This document shows, piece by piece, positions 43,057 through 52,157 of a stretch of DNA of 64,000 nucleotides (positions are counted from its first letter, which is position 1; the number at the start of each line of letters is the position of its first letter). Location: the NCBI GenBank assembly GCA_963782705.1, contig CAWAKX010000014.1, positions 10,201 through 74,200 on the forward strand, given 5' to 3'. This stretch comes from an uncultured Actinomycetes bacterium (GTDB lineage Bacteria; Actinomycetota; Acidimicrobiia; IMCC26256; DASPTH01). Under the pieces are notes generated by a model. It was not told the origin of the DNA and did no database searches. It worked only from the letters and a program-made list of their open reading frames with translations. Made by a program: the position numbers and the translations under genes.

Positions 43057-44365
43057 ATGGAGCGGGGACACAGGAGGGGCCGACGCGTGATCGTCACGCT
43101 GGTCGTGCTCGCGGTGGCGGGTGCGTTGACGATCGGGACGGTCGCCGCAGCCGGCGCCGGCACCCGTACCGCGGTGCGGGGCTTCGACGGCACGACCATC
43201 ACCGTCGGCGGCTTCGGCATCAAGGCCCAGCTGCCCACGTCGGAAGACGGTGCGGCGGCGCGCTTCAAGCGGTTCAACGACACCAACGAGATCAAGGGCG
43301 TCAAGATCAAGTTCGACCGAGTTCGCCGACGACATCGCAGGACACCGCGACCGCGCTGAACGATCGCACGTCGCCTGGTGACCGAGGTCAGGTGTTCGCG
43401 GTCGTGCCGAACGTTTCGGCGAACACGCCCGGCGCCTACCTGACGCAGCAGAAGGTGCCGTGGTTCGGCGGTGGCTTCGACGTGAGCTACTGCAGCGCCG
43501 AAGGCCGTCGACGAACGTGTGGGGCTTCGGGCCGCAGCGGCTGCATCGTGCCCCAGAACCCGTCGTTCGTGACCGACAACTTCCACACCATGTACACGTA
43601 CGTGAGCGAAGAGACGGACAAGAAGCACCCGACGTTCCTGTCGTTCGGGAACGACAACTCCTCGGGGACGAACTCCGCTCGACATCTTCGCAGATGGCCG
43701 CCCAGGGCACCGGGTTCAACGTCGTCGCGAAGCAGAACGACCTTCCGATCACGCAACGTGAGCGACTACTCGCCCTACGTGAAGCAACATCATGACGGCC
43801 GACAACGGCAAGCCGCCGGACGCGATCTTCTGCGCCGCGAACGTGCAGTGCCCGGGCATCTGGCCACTGCTCCAGCAGCAGGGCTACAAGGGCTACTTCT
43901 TCCACGGCCTCTACAGCGACGCCTTGGTGAAGATCTTCAACGGCAGCTACGTGAACCACCCGTACCCGAACTTCCAGGCCGCGGCGGACGTCGACGGGCT
44001 TCACCAGATGCAGACCGACATCGACGCGATCTACCCCGAACGCGAAGCTCGACCTCGGTGACGTGTTCGGGTACACGCTCGGCTGACATGTTCGTCACCG
44101 CGCTCGAAGAAGGTGGCCGCGAAGGGCAAGAGCGAACATCACGCCCGTGAACGTCCAGAAGGTGGCGTCGACGATCACGTGGGAGCTGCCGGGCTTCATG
44201 AAGACGCAGTACCCGAAGACGACGGTGATGAGCTTCCCGTCGTGCTTCGCCAACTCGGAGAGCAACGGCACGGCGTGGGACCGGTCGAGACGTGGATCGT
44301 GCTCGACCAAGACCTACAGCCCGAAGCCGAAGGTCGGGCGGCTGAGCCACCTGGGCGTCATCTGA
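43057..44365 (+). pseudogene. LivJ-type (branched-chain amino acid/amide family) periplasmic substrate-binding protein, about 10 or more frame changes
   Basis: The signal-like N-terminus is MERGHRRGRRVIVTLVVLAVAGALTIGTVAAAGAG. Following segments are GFDGTTITVGGFGIKAQLP, QVFAVVPNVSANTPGAYLTQQKVPWFGGGF and IVPQNPSFVTDNFHTMYTYVSEETDKKHPTFLSFGNDNSSG. Then come QMAAQGTGFNVVAKQNDLPIT, MTADNGKPPDAIFCAANVQCPGIW and NVQKVASTITWELPGFMKT, all in alternating frames. Confidence 0.6.
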
Positions 44366-44422
44366 GTGCACGACGGGCCCGGCGGAGCACCCGCCGGGCC
44401 CGCTGCGTCTGCGTGGTCCCGG

Positions 44423-46062
44423 TCAGGCGCGGCCGTCGAGCTCGCCGGCCGCGAGGCGCCGGGCCAGTTCCCGGCGGTCGACCTTGGCCGTGGGCAGCCA
44501 GGGGATGTCGTCGGGACCGACGACGGCGATGCGCTTCGGGATCTTGTAGGTGGCGATCTGCTCGTGCAACGTGGCGACGATCGCGTCGGGGTCGAGCACC
44601 TCGCCCGGCTGGGGCACGAGCACCGCGGCCACCAGCTCGTCGCGCTGCTCGTCGGCGATGCCGAAGACCTGCGCGAGCGCGACACCGGGCAGCGCCTCCA
44701 ATGCGACCTCGACCTCCCGCGGTGACACGTTGGCGCCCGACGTCTTGATCATCTCGCCGAGCCGACCGGTGAACATGAAGTAGCCGTCGCGGAACTCGCC
44801 ACCGTCGTTGGTGTGGTACCAGCCGTCGTCGTCGAACACCTCGTGACGCTCGCGCTTGTAGATGCCGGCCATGAGGTTGTACCCGCGTACGAGCAGCTCC
44901 CCGTGCTCGCCGTCGCCGAGCACCGCGCCGGTGTCGGGATCGATCACCCGGTGCTGCACGTACGGCAGCGGCCGCCCGAACGAACCCCGCAGCTCGGCGG
45001 GCAGCACCCGGCCGCGCTCGCTGGGCGGACACGTGGTGTGCGGGCCCGCCGGTCTCGGTCATGCCCAGCGAGTTGTGGAACTGCGGCACGCCGACGAGCG
45101 GGTACACGCCGGTGAAGTCGCGGACGCGGGAGAGGTCGTGTGCCGCGGACTCGGGGTGGGTCTTCACCGCCTCGTGCATCGGCGCCCAGCCGACGAAGCG
45201 GTTGGCCCGCTCGCGTTCCATGAGCTCGATCGCGCCCAGTGGCTCGAAGCGGTCCATGACGAGCATCGCGGACCCGGCGTGCATCGCGCGGCAGGAGGCC
45301 GAAGCTCAAGCCCCCGACCCAGAAGAAGGGGAGCCCGGTGAAGCACCGCTCGTCGGGGTCGGGTCCCGGACTCGCATTGCGCAGCAGGTTGGCCCCGTGG
45401 CGGACCAGGCCGCCATGGGTGTGCACGACCCCCTTGGGCTCGGCGGTCGACCCCGAGGTGTGCACGATGACCATCGGGTCGCTGGGCCGCACCTCGGCTT
45501 CCACCTGCTCGAGGAAGGCGTCGTCGACCGGACCGGTCGGCCGACGCGCCGGTGGGCAGCGCGAGGTGGGTCGCCCACGGCGGCCCGCCGGGCGCGGTGG
45601 AGGCGACCTCGCGCAGGTAGGGCATCTCCGGGAGGTAGAGCGGGCCGGACCCGGCGTCGGCGAGACCGGGGACCGCGGTTGTCGTGAACTCGGAGAGGTC
45701 GGTGCCGAGCACCGTCGGCGGGATCACGAGCAGCGCCACGTCGGCGTGGCGCATCGTCCAGCGAGCCTCGGGCGGCTTCATCGTGGACGCGAGGGGCACG
45801 AACACCGCCCCGATCCGGGTGGCCGCCAGCCAGCACACCACCCATTCGGTGGAGAAGGTGTCGAGCATCGCGACCTTGGTGCCCTTGCCCACTCCGCGGG
45901 CGAGCATCTCCTTCGCCACCTCGCGGGATGCCGCTTCGGCGCTCGCGAACGTGAGGCGCCGATCGGGCATCACCACGAAGTCGCGCGTCGCCGAAGCGCT
46001 CGGCCGCGGCGCGGAGCACCGCGGGGATGGTGGCGGGATGGTCGAGCGGGCGGGAGCTCCAT
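44423..46062 (-). pseudogene. AMP-dependent acyl-CoA ligase, about 4-5 frame changes
   Basis: The segments in order are PLDHPATIPAVLRAAAERFGDA, RDFVVMPDRRLTFASAEAASREVAKEML... and VIVHTSGSTAEPKGVVHTHGG...FFWVGGLSFGLL. These are followed by MHAGSAMLVMDRFEP...SLGMTETGGP and HTTCPPSERGRVLPAELRG...GWYHTNDGG...YKIPKRI. The start assignment (ATG at complement of 46060-46062) needs an early frame shift. Confidence 0.7.
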
Positions 46063-46156
46063 GGGGCGTTTCTACCAGCCGGGTGTTGGTGCGTGCGCCG
46101 GTTCGTCCTAGCGTGCGGGAGTCCGCCGGTGCCGTGGTCCAGGGAGAAGGTCGGCA

Positions 46157-47306
46157 ATGCAGCGCACACTGTTCGACGAGGAACACGACCTCTTCCGGGC
46201 GAGCTTCCGGCAGTTCGTCGCCCAGGAGGTCCTGCCCCACAACGAGGCGTGGGAGAAGGCGGGGATCGTCGACCGTGAGCTCTTCGCCAAGGCGGGCGAG
46301 CTCGGCTTCCTCGGCTTCGCGGCGCCCGAGGAGCACGGCGGCGGCGGCGTGCGCGACTTCCGCTACAACCTGATCCTCGGCGAGGAGCTGCAGCGCGCGG
46401 GCACCGGCGCCGCGGGTCTCGGCATCACGCTGCACACCGACATCTGCATGCCGTACTTCCTCGACCTCACCAACGACGAGCAGAAGGCGCGCTGGCTGCC
46501 CGGCATCTGCTCGGGCGAGCTCATCACCGCGGTCGCCATGACCGAGCCCGGCGCGGGGTCCGACCTCGCGGGCATCGCCACCACCGCCAAGCGCGACGGC
46601 GACCACTACGTGGTGAACGGGTCGAAGACCTTCATCACCAACGGCATCAACGCCGACCTCGTGATCACCGCGGTGAAGACCGACCCGTCGCAGCGCCACC
46701 GCGGCATCTCGCTCGTGGTGCTCGAGCGGGGCATGCCCGGCTTCGAGCGCGGCCGCAACCTCGAGAAGGTGGGCCTGCACTCGCAGGACACCGCGGAGCT
46801 GTTCTTCAACGACGTCGAGGTGCCGGTCGCCAACCTCCTCGGCGAGGAGGGCAAGGGCTTCGGGTCCCTGATGGACAACCTGGCCCAGGAGCGCCTGTCG
46901 ATCGCGGCCAACGGCGTGGCCGCGGCGCGGGCCGCGTTCGAGTGGACGCTCGAGTACTGCAAGGAACGCCAGGCGTTCGGTCAGCCGATCGGCGCGTTCC
47001 AGAACACGCCGGTTCCGCCTCGCCGAGATGGCCACCGAGGTGATGGTGGGGGAGTCGTTCGTCGACCGCTGCGTGGTCGCGCTCAACGAGGGCACGCTCA
47101 CCGCGGCGGAGGCGTCGGCGGCGAAGATGTGGTGCACCGAGCTGCAGGGGCGCATCGTCGACCTCGGCGTGCAGCTCCACGGCGGGTACGGCTACATGCT
47201 CGAGTACCCGATCGGCCGCGCCTACGTCGACGCCCGCATCACCCGCATCTACGGCGGCACCAACGAGGTGATGCGCGAGATCGTCGGCCGCTCGCTCGGG
47301 GTCTGA
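46157..47306 (+). pseudogene. Acyl-CoA dehydrogenase, one frame change
   Basis: The first segment is MQRTLFDEEHDLFRASFRQF...MTEPGAGSDLAGI...VNGSKTFITNG...GQPIGAFQNT. After a junction near 47005 comes RFRLAEMATEVMVGE...LHGGYGYMLEYPIGRAYVDARITRIYGGTNEVMREI. Confidence 0.8.
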
Positions 47307-47352
47307 GCCGACTCCGACATTCGCATCCGCATCCGCGAACGAGGGGGACGCA

Positions 47353-48288
47353 GTGCAGGAGCTCGCAGGCAAGGTCGCGCTGATCACGGGCGCCGGATCG
47401 GGCGGGACCGGCACCGCCATGTCCGTCCGGTTCGCGGCCGAGGGGGCGAAGATCGCGCTGGTGGCGCGGAACGTTGCCGGGCTCGAGCGGACCGCGGCGC
47501 GGATCCGCGACCTCGGCGGGGAGGCCGTCGTCCTGCCCTGCGACCTGGGCGATCCCGACGGCGGCCGCGACTCGCTGATCGCGCGCGCCGAGGACGCGCT
47601 GGGCCCGATCGACATCCTCGTCAACAACGCGGTGGTCAGCGACCTCAAGCGCTTCGGGGAGTTCTCCCACGCCGACATGCAGTCGGAAGGCGAGGTGAAC
47701 CTCTGGGCGCCCTGGCTGCTGACCCAGCAGGCCACCGACAGCATGGCCGAGCGCGGTGGTGGATACGTCCTCAACCTGTCGAGCATGGGCGCGGAGCTTC
47801 CGCCGGGACCGCCCTACACCGCCAAGACGAAGTGGCACAGCAGCCTGTACGCGGCGATGAAGTCCGCCCTGAACACCATGACCGTCTACGCCGCGGTCGA
47901 GTTCCAGGACCAGGGCATCGTCATGAACACGCTCGCGCCGCAGCGGTCGATCTTCACGGAGCGGATCAGCAGCGGCACGAGCATGGTGAAGGACACCTCG
48001 ATCTGCGAGCCGCTGGAGACGATGGCCGAGGCCGCGCTCGCGCTGTGCACCGGCGACACGACGATGCTCACCGGGCGCATCGCGTTCAGCCTCATGCTGC
48101 TGGTGGAGCTGCAGCGGCCGGTCTACGACCTCACCGGCACCCAGCTCGTCGAGGGGTGGCAGCCCGACGACATCGTCGCGGCGATCCACCACCGCGAGGA
48201 CTGGACCGAGAAGTACCTCCGGTGGCCGCACACCTACGAGTTCAACCGCCCGCAGACGCCGTACCCCGACGTGCTGCGCCGCGGGTGA
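47353..48288 (+). CDS. SDR-like oxidoreductase with a C-terminal extension
   Basis: The protein contains GKVALITGAGSGGTGTAMS, NNAVV and YAAMKSAL. The reading frame is intact. Confidence 0.75.
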   Translation: MQELAGKVALITGAGSGGTGTAMSVRFAAEGAKIALVARNVAGLERTAARIRDLGGEAVVLPCDLGDPDGGRDSLIARAEDALGPIDILVNNAVVSDLKRFGEFSHADMQSEGEVNLWAPWLLTQQATDSMAERGGGYVLNLSSMGAELPPGPPYTAKTKWHSSLYAAMKSALNTMTVYAAVEFQDQGIVMNTLAPQRSIFTERISSGTSMVKDTSICEPLETMAEAALALCTGDTTMLTGRIAFSLMLLVELQRPVYDLTGTQLVEGWQPDDIVAAIHHREDWTEKYLRWPHTYEFNRPQTPYPDVLRRG

Positions 48289-48299
48289 CGGGTCGTCTC

Positions 48300-48969
48300 G
48301 TGAGCCGGGTCTGGATGAGCTGGAGCAGTGGGAAGGACAGCACCTTCGCGCTCGCGGCGGCGCGCGCGGAACCCGACGTGGAGGTCGTGGGTCTCCTGGT
48401 CTCGATGAACGCTGCCGCGGATCGCGTGTCGATGCACGCGGTGCGCCGGGATCTGGTGGTCACCCAGGCGGAACGACTCGGACTCCCGCTGCATCTCGTC
48501 GAGTTGCCGTCGCCCTGTTCCAACGAACGCTACGAGGACGCGATGCGCGACGCGCTCGCGGTGGCACGCGACGCGGGGATCGAGCAGATGGTCTTCGGCG
48601 ATCTCTTCCTCGCCGACATCCGCGCGTGACCGCGAGCAGGCGCTCGCGGCGACGGGCATCACGCCCGCGCTCTTCCCCTGTGGAACCGGCCCACCGACGT
48701 GCTCGCCCGCGACATGCTCGACGCGGGCGTCAAGGCGGTGGTCACGTGCGTCGACCCCGCGCAGGCCCCACCGGAGCTCGCCGGCCGGCCGTGGGACGAG
48801 GACCTGCTCGCCGACCTGCCCTCGGGGGTCGATCCGTGTGGCGAGCACGGCGAGTTCCACACGTTCGTCTGGGACGGCCCCGGGTTCCGGGCGCCGATCC
48901 CCGTCGTCACCGGCCCGCCCGATCGAACGCGACGGCTTCGTCTACAGCGACGTCTGCCCGGCTTCCTGA
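48300..48969 (+). pseudogene. PP-loop ATP pyrophosphatase of the Dph6/MJ0570-related (DUF71) family, two frame changes
   Basis: The first segment is VSRVWMSWSSGKDSTFAL (SGKDS PP-loop)...MVFGDLFLADIRA. After a junction near 48627 comes YREQALAATGITPALFPLWNRPT...DPCGEHGEFHTFVWDGPGF. After a second junction near 48920 comes IERDGFVYSDVCPAS, with the stop at 48967-48969. Confidence 0.65.
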
Positions 48970-49082
48970 CGTCGACCCGGCGAGAGGGAGTGCTCCCGGG
49001 CACGTCGTTGGTCTCGAGTCGTACGATGTATGGGTCGCGCCGCTCGCCAGGGGGTCGGAGCGAACTCTCGAGGGGGAAGACC

Positions 49083-50474
49083 ATGGAAGAGCGCCTCATC
49101 GTCATCTCGTCCGACAGCCATGCCGGGATCCCGAAGGAGCTGTGGCCCGAGTACCTCGATCCGCAGTTCCACGAGTTCATCGCGAACCTGCACGAGGACA
49201 ACGAGATCTACCCGGTGGCGATGGCCATGTTGAGCGCTCGCGTGCAGGGGCAGGCGCCGTTGGAGGAGCACCGTGAAGCCCACAGCACGGGCTGGCACGG
49301 ATTGCACGACGCGGTGCTGCGGATGGCCGACATGGACCGCGAGGGCGTCGCCGCCGAGTTCGTCTTCCACGGCGACTCGCGTCTGGGCGACCTCTTCCAC
49401 AACGTCAACAACCGCACGTACCCGTTCGAGGTGTGGGAGGCCGGCGCCCACGCGTGGAACCGGTGGGCCGCTGACAACTTCGGCTTCGCGCTCGACCGCT
49501 TCCTCCTCTGCGCAGCGGTCGGGCCGTGCGTCGACATGGACGCCGCGGTGGCCGAGATCCACTGGCTCGCCGACCACGGCTTCACCGCCACCTACGGACC
49601 GCACTACATGACGCACCCGGGACTGCCGCCGCTTCACGACGAGTACTGGGACCCGTACTGGGCCGCCTGCGCGGAGCGGAACATCGCGGTCGTCGTGCAC
49701 GCCGGGTTCGGCACCGAGCAGGGCACGGTGTTCAACGTCATCGAGGACATCTACGGTGCCGCGGCCGAAGCCGCCGGCAGCACCGACCGCGACGCGATGC
49801 TCGCCCACGCCGACGCCGTCCGCCAGGAGTCGGCCGACTTCTTCACGTGGTGGGTGAACCGCAACGTCGAGTCCCGTCGCCCGCTGTGGCAGATGACGTT
49901 GGGCGGCGTGTTCGACCGTCACCCGGCGCTGCGACTGATGCTCACCGAGATCCGCCTCGACTGGATCCCGGCCACCCTCGACTTCCTCGACGGTGTGTTC
50001 GAGGAGCACCGCGACGCGGTGCCCGCCCGTCGCAAGCCGAGCGAGTACTGGCACGAGAACTGCATGGCCGGTGCGTCGTTCGTGCACAAGGTGGAGATCG
50101 ACCGTCGCCACGAGATCGGCGTCGACACGATCCTCTTCGGTCGTGACTACCCGCACCCCGAGAGCACGTGGCCGCACACCCGCGAGTGGCTGCAGGAGGC
50201 GTTCGTCGGCGTGCCCGAGGACGAGGTGCGGGCGATGCTGGGCGAGAACGCCATCCGCTTCGCCGGTCTCGATCGCGAGCGCTTGGCCGAGATCGCCCGG
50301 CGGATCGGACCGACGATCGAGGACATCACCGGGCCGCACGCGGAGATCCGTCCGGAGCTGATGGCCAGCTTCAACGCGCGGGGCGGCTTCTCGAAGCCGT
50401 GGGAGGGCGACGAGCAGATCGGGCTGATCGCAGAGTTGGTCGAGAAGGACCTCACGATCACCGCGTCGGCGTAG
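49083..50474 (+). CDS. PF04909-type amidohydrolase
   Basis: The protein contains MEERLIVISSDSHAGIP, LTEIRLDWIP and ILFGRDYPHPESTWPHT. The reading frame is intact. Confidence 0.85.
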   Translation: MEERLIVISSDSHAGIPKELWPEYLDPQFHEFIANLHEDNEIYPVAMAMLSARVQGQAPLEEHREAHSTGWHGLHDAVLRMADMDREGVAAEFVFHGDSRLGDLFHNVNNRTYPFEVWEAGAHAWNRWAADNFGFALDRFLLCAAVGPCVDMDAAVAEIHWLADHGFTATYGPHYMTHPGLPPLHDEYWDPYWAACAERNIAVVVHAGFGTEQGTVFNVIEDIYGAAAEAAGSTDRDAMLAHADAVRQESADFFTWWVNRNVESRRPLWQMTLGGVFDRHPALRLMLTEIRLDWIPATLDFLDGVFEEHRDAVPARRKPSEYWHENCMAGASFVHKVEIDRRHEIGVDTILFGRDYPHPESTWPHTREWLQEAFVGVPEDEVRAMLGENAIRFAGLDRERLAEIARRIGPTIEDITGPHAEIRPELMASFNARGGFSKPWEGDEQIGLIAELVEKDLTITASA

Positions 50475-50518
50475 CTGCGCCGGCGGGTTCCGATCGGGGA
50501 CCGTCGAAGGTCCGCCAC

Positions 50519-50548
50519 TTGGCGGCTTTGTTCTACGATCTGTATACT
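50519..50548 (+). promoter_or_regulatory. Putative sigma-70-like promoter for the toxin-antitoxin pair, probably giving a leaderless or near-leaderless mRNA
   Basis: TTGGCG (50519-50524) is followed by an 18-nt spacer and TATACT (50543-50548). The ATG is 7 nt downstream at 50556. TACGA (50534-50538) and TCGTA (50552-50556) are inverted repeats that flank a GTATAC palindrome. Confidence 0.35.
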
Positions 50549-50555
50549 ACTTCGT

Positions 50556-50807
50556 ATGACAACGCCTGTGCCCACACGGTTCACCGATGACGAGCTCGCC
50601 CTCATCGACGAGCTCGTCGACGAAGGCATCGGAGACAGTCGATCTGCGGTGATCCGCCGCGGGGTTCATCTGCTTGGCGACACGGTGCGCCGCGCACGCG
50701 TGGGCGCATCCATCGCCCGTGCATATCGAGAGCTCCCGCAAACTGCCGCGGACGATGAGCTGGCGATGGCGAGCGCAATCGCGATGACCGAGGCGGAGCC
50801 GTGGTAG
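50556..50807 (+). CDS. Ribbon-helix-helix (CopG/MazE-like) antitoxin
   Basis: The protein begins MTTPVPTRFTDDELALIDELVDEGIGDSRSAVIRRGVHLL, which fits an RHH fold pattern. Its stop overlaps the downstream GTG. Confidence 0.7.
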   Translation: MTTPVPTRFTDDELALIDELVDEGIGDSRSAVIRRGVHLLGDTVRRARVGASIARAYRELPQTAADDELAMASAIAMTEAEPW

Positions 50808-51113
50808 CGCAGGCCGAGATCTGGCTCATGGAAACGCCGAACTCGAAGCGCCGACCCAGTGCTCATCGTCTCCCGCGACGAGGTGATCCCGGTCCTGAAC
50901 AACGTCGTCGTCGCTCCAGTGACGACCACGATTCGCGACATCCCGACCTGCGTCCCGGTGGGTCCGGACCAGGGAATCGACCACGACAGCGTGGCCACGT
51001 TCGACAGCCTTGCCTCGGTACCGAAGTCAGTGCTCACCGTCCGGCTCGGTGAACTTGGTACCGGCGGCCGACAACAGATCTGCAAGGCGCTCGACGCGGT
51101 CGCCAACTGCTGA
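50801..51113 (+). pseudogene. MazF/PemK-family endoribonuclease toxin, one frame change
   Basis: The first segment is VVAQAEIWLMETPNSKRRP (ORF 50801 frame). After a junction near 50860 comes VLIVSRDEVIPVLNNVVVAPVTTTIRDIPTCVPVG...VATFDSLASVPKSVL. Confidence 0.65.
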
Positions 51114-51208
51114 CCGAGAGCCGGCGTTCGGGCATTCCGTGACCTCTGCGGGTCGCCGGCATGGCGAGAAGACGCCGGTCCGGGCAAAGACGTGAACGTG
51201 TGGAGGGA

Positions 51209-52096
51209 TCAGCCTGCTTCGGCGGACGACGGCCACTCGGCCGGGGGCGACTCGAGGCGCTCGACGGTGGTCTCGGCCGCGGCGGCGAAGATGCCGGTGC
51301 CCTTGGCCAGCGCGCGGATCTCGGCGTCCTCGTAGAGCGCGTGGAGGTCCTTCGCCATCGGCGCCAGCGCGGCCCGGCGCATGGGGTCGGAGGCCCGCAC
51401 CCCGACCGCGACCTCGAGCGCGAAGCTCTTGCCCGAGCCGTGACGGATGAACTGCGCCATCGTCGTCGGGTTCGATGCCGAACTTGCGCCCGAGGGTGAG
51501 CGCGTCGTCGGCGAGCGCGAAGTTGGCGGCGAGCAGCGTGTTGTTCACGAGCTTGGCGAGCTGGCCCGATCCGAGCGGGCCCATGTAGATCACCGGGTCG
51601 CCGAACGCGCCGAACACCGGTGACACGCGCGCCGCGGCGTCGGCGTCGCCGCCGACCGCGACCACCAGGGTGCCGGCCTCCGCGCCGGCGCGGCCGCCGC
51701 TCACCGGGCACGTCGAGCACCTCCACGCCCTCGGGCGCGGCCGCCGCGAGCGCGGCGCACGTGGACGGGAGCACGGTGGCGTGGATGGCCACCACGGTGC
51801 CGGGTCGACACCCGGCGAACACGCCGTCGGCGCGCGTGCACACGTCGAGCACGTCCTCGTCGTGCCACACGCACACCCCGACGAGGTCGCTGCGCGCCGC
51901 GAGGTCGGCGGGCGTGGCGGCGAACTCCACGTTGGGCGCGGCGAAGGGTTCGAGCGCCTCGGGCCGGCGGGCCCACAGCACCGTGGGGTGACCGGCGGCG
52001 ATGATGCGGCCGGCCATGGCCGCCGCCCATGTCGCCGAGGCCGATGAACCCCACCGTGCCCACGGCCGAACCCGGGCGCGCGTCGTCGGCGGTCAT
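51209..52096 (-). pseudogene. 3-hydroxyisobutyrate/6-phosphogluconate dehydrogenase-family NAD(P) oxidoreductase, about 3 frame changes
   Basis: The segments in order are MTADDARPGSAVGTVGFIGLGDMGG, AMAGRIIAAGHPTVLWARRPEA... and VSGGRAGAEAGTLVVAVGGD...MGPLGSGQLAKLVNN. The final segment is MAQFIRHGSGKSFALE. Confidence 0.75.
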
Positions 52097-52157
52097 GGTG
52101 CTCCCTTCCGCGGCCCGCGGGGCCACGTGTGCGGCGCAGTGGGTCCGGCGCGGGGCG

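Noticed and set aside
50475-51208. The toxin-antitoxin pocket as a mobile element or genomic islet.
   Set aside because: I found no integrase, transposase, flanking direct repeats or tRNA. Only the lower GC and the toxin-antitoxin genes themselves are visible.
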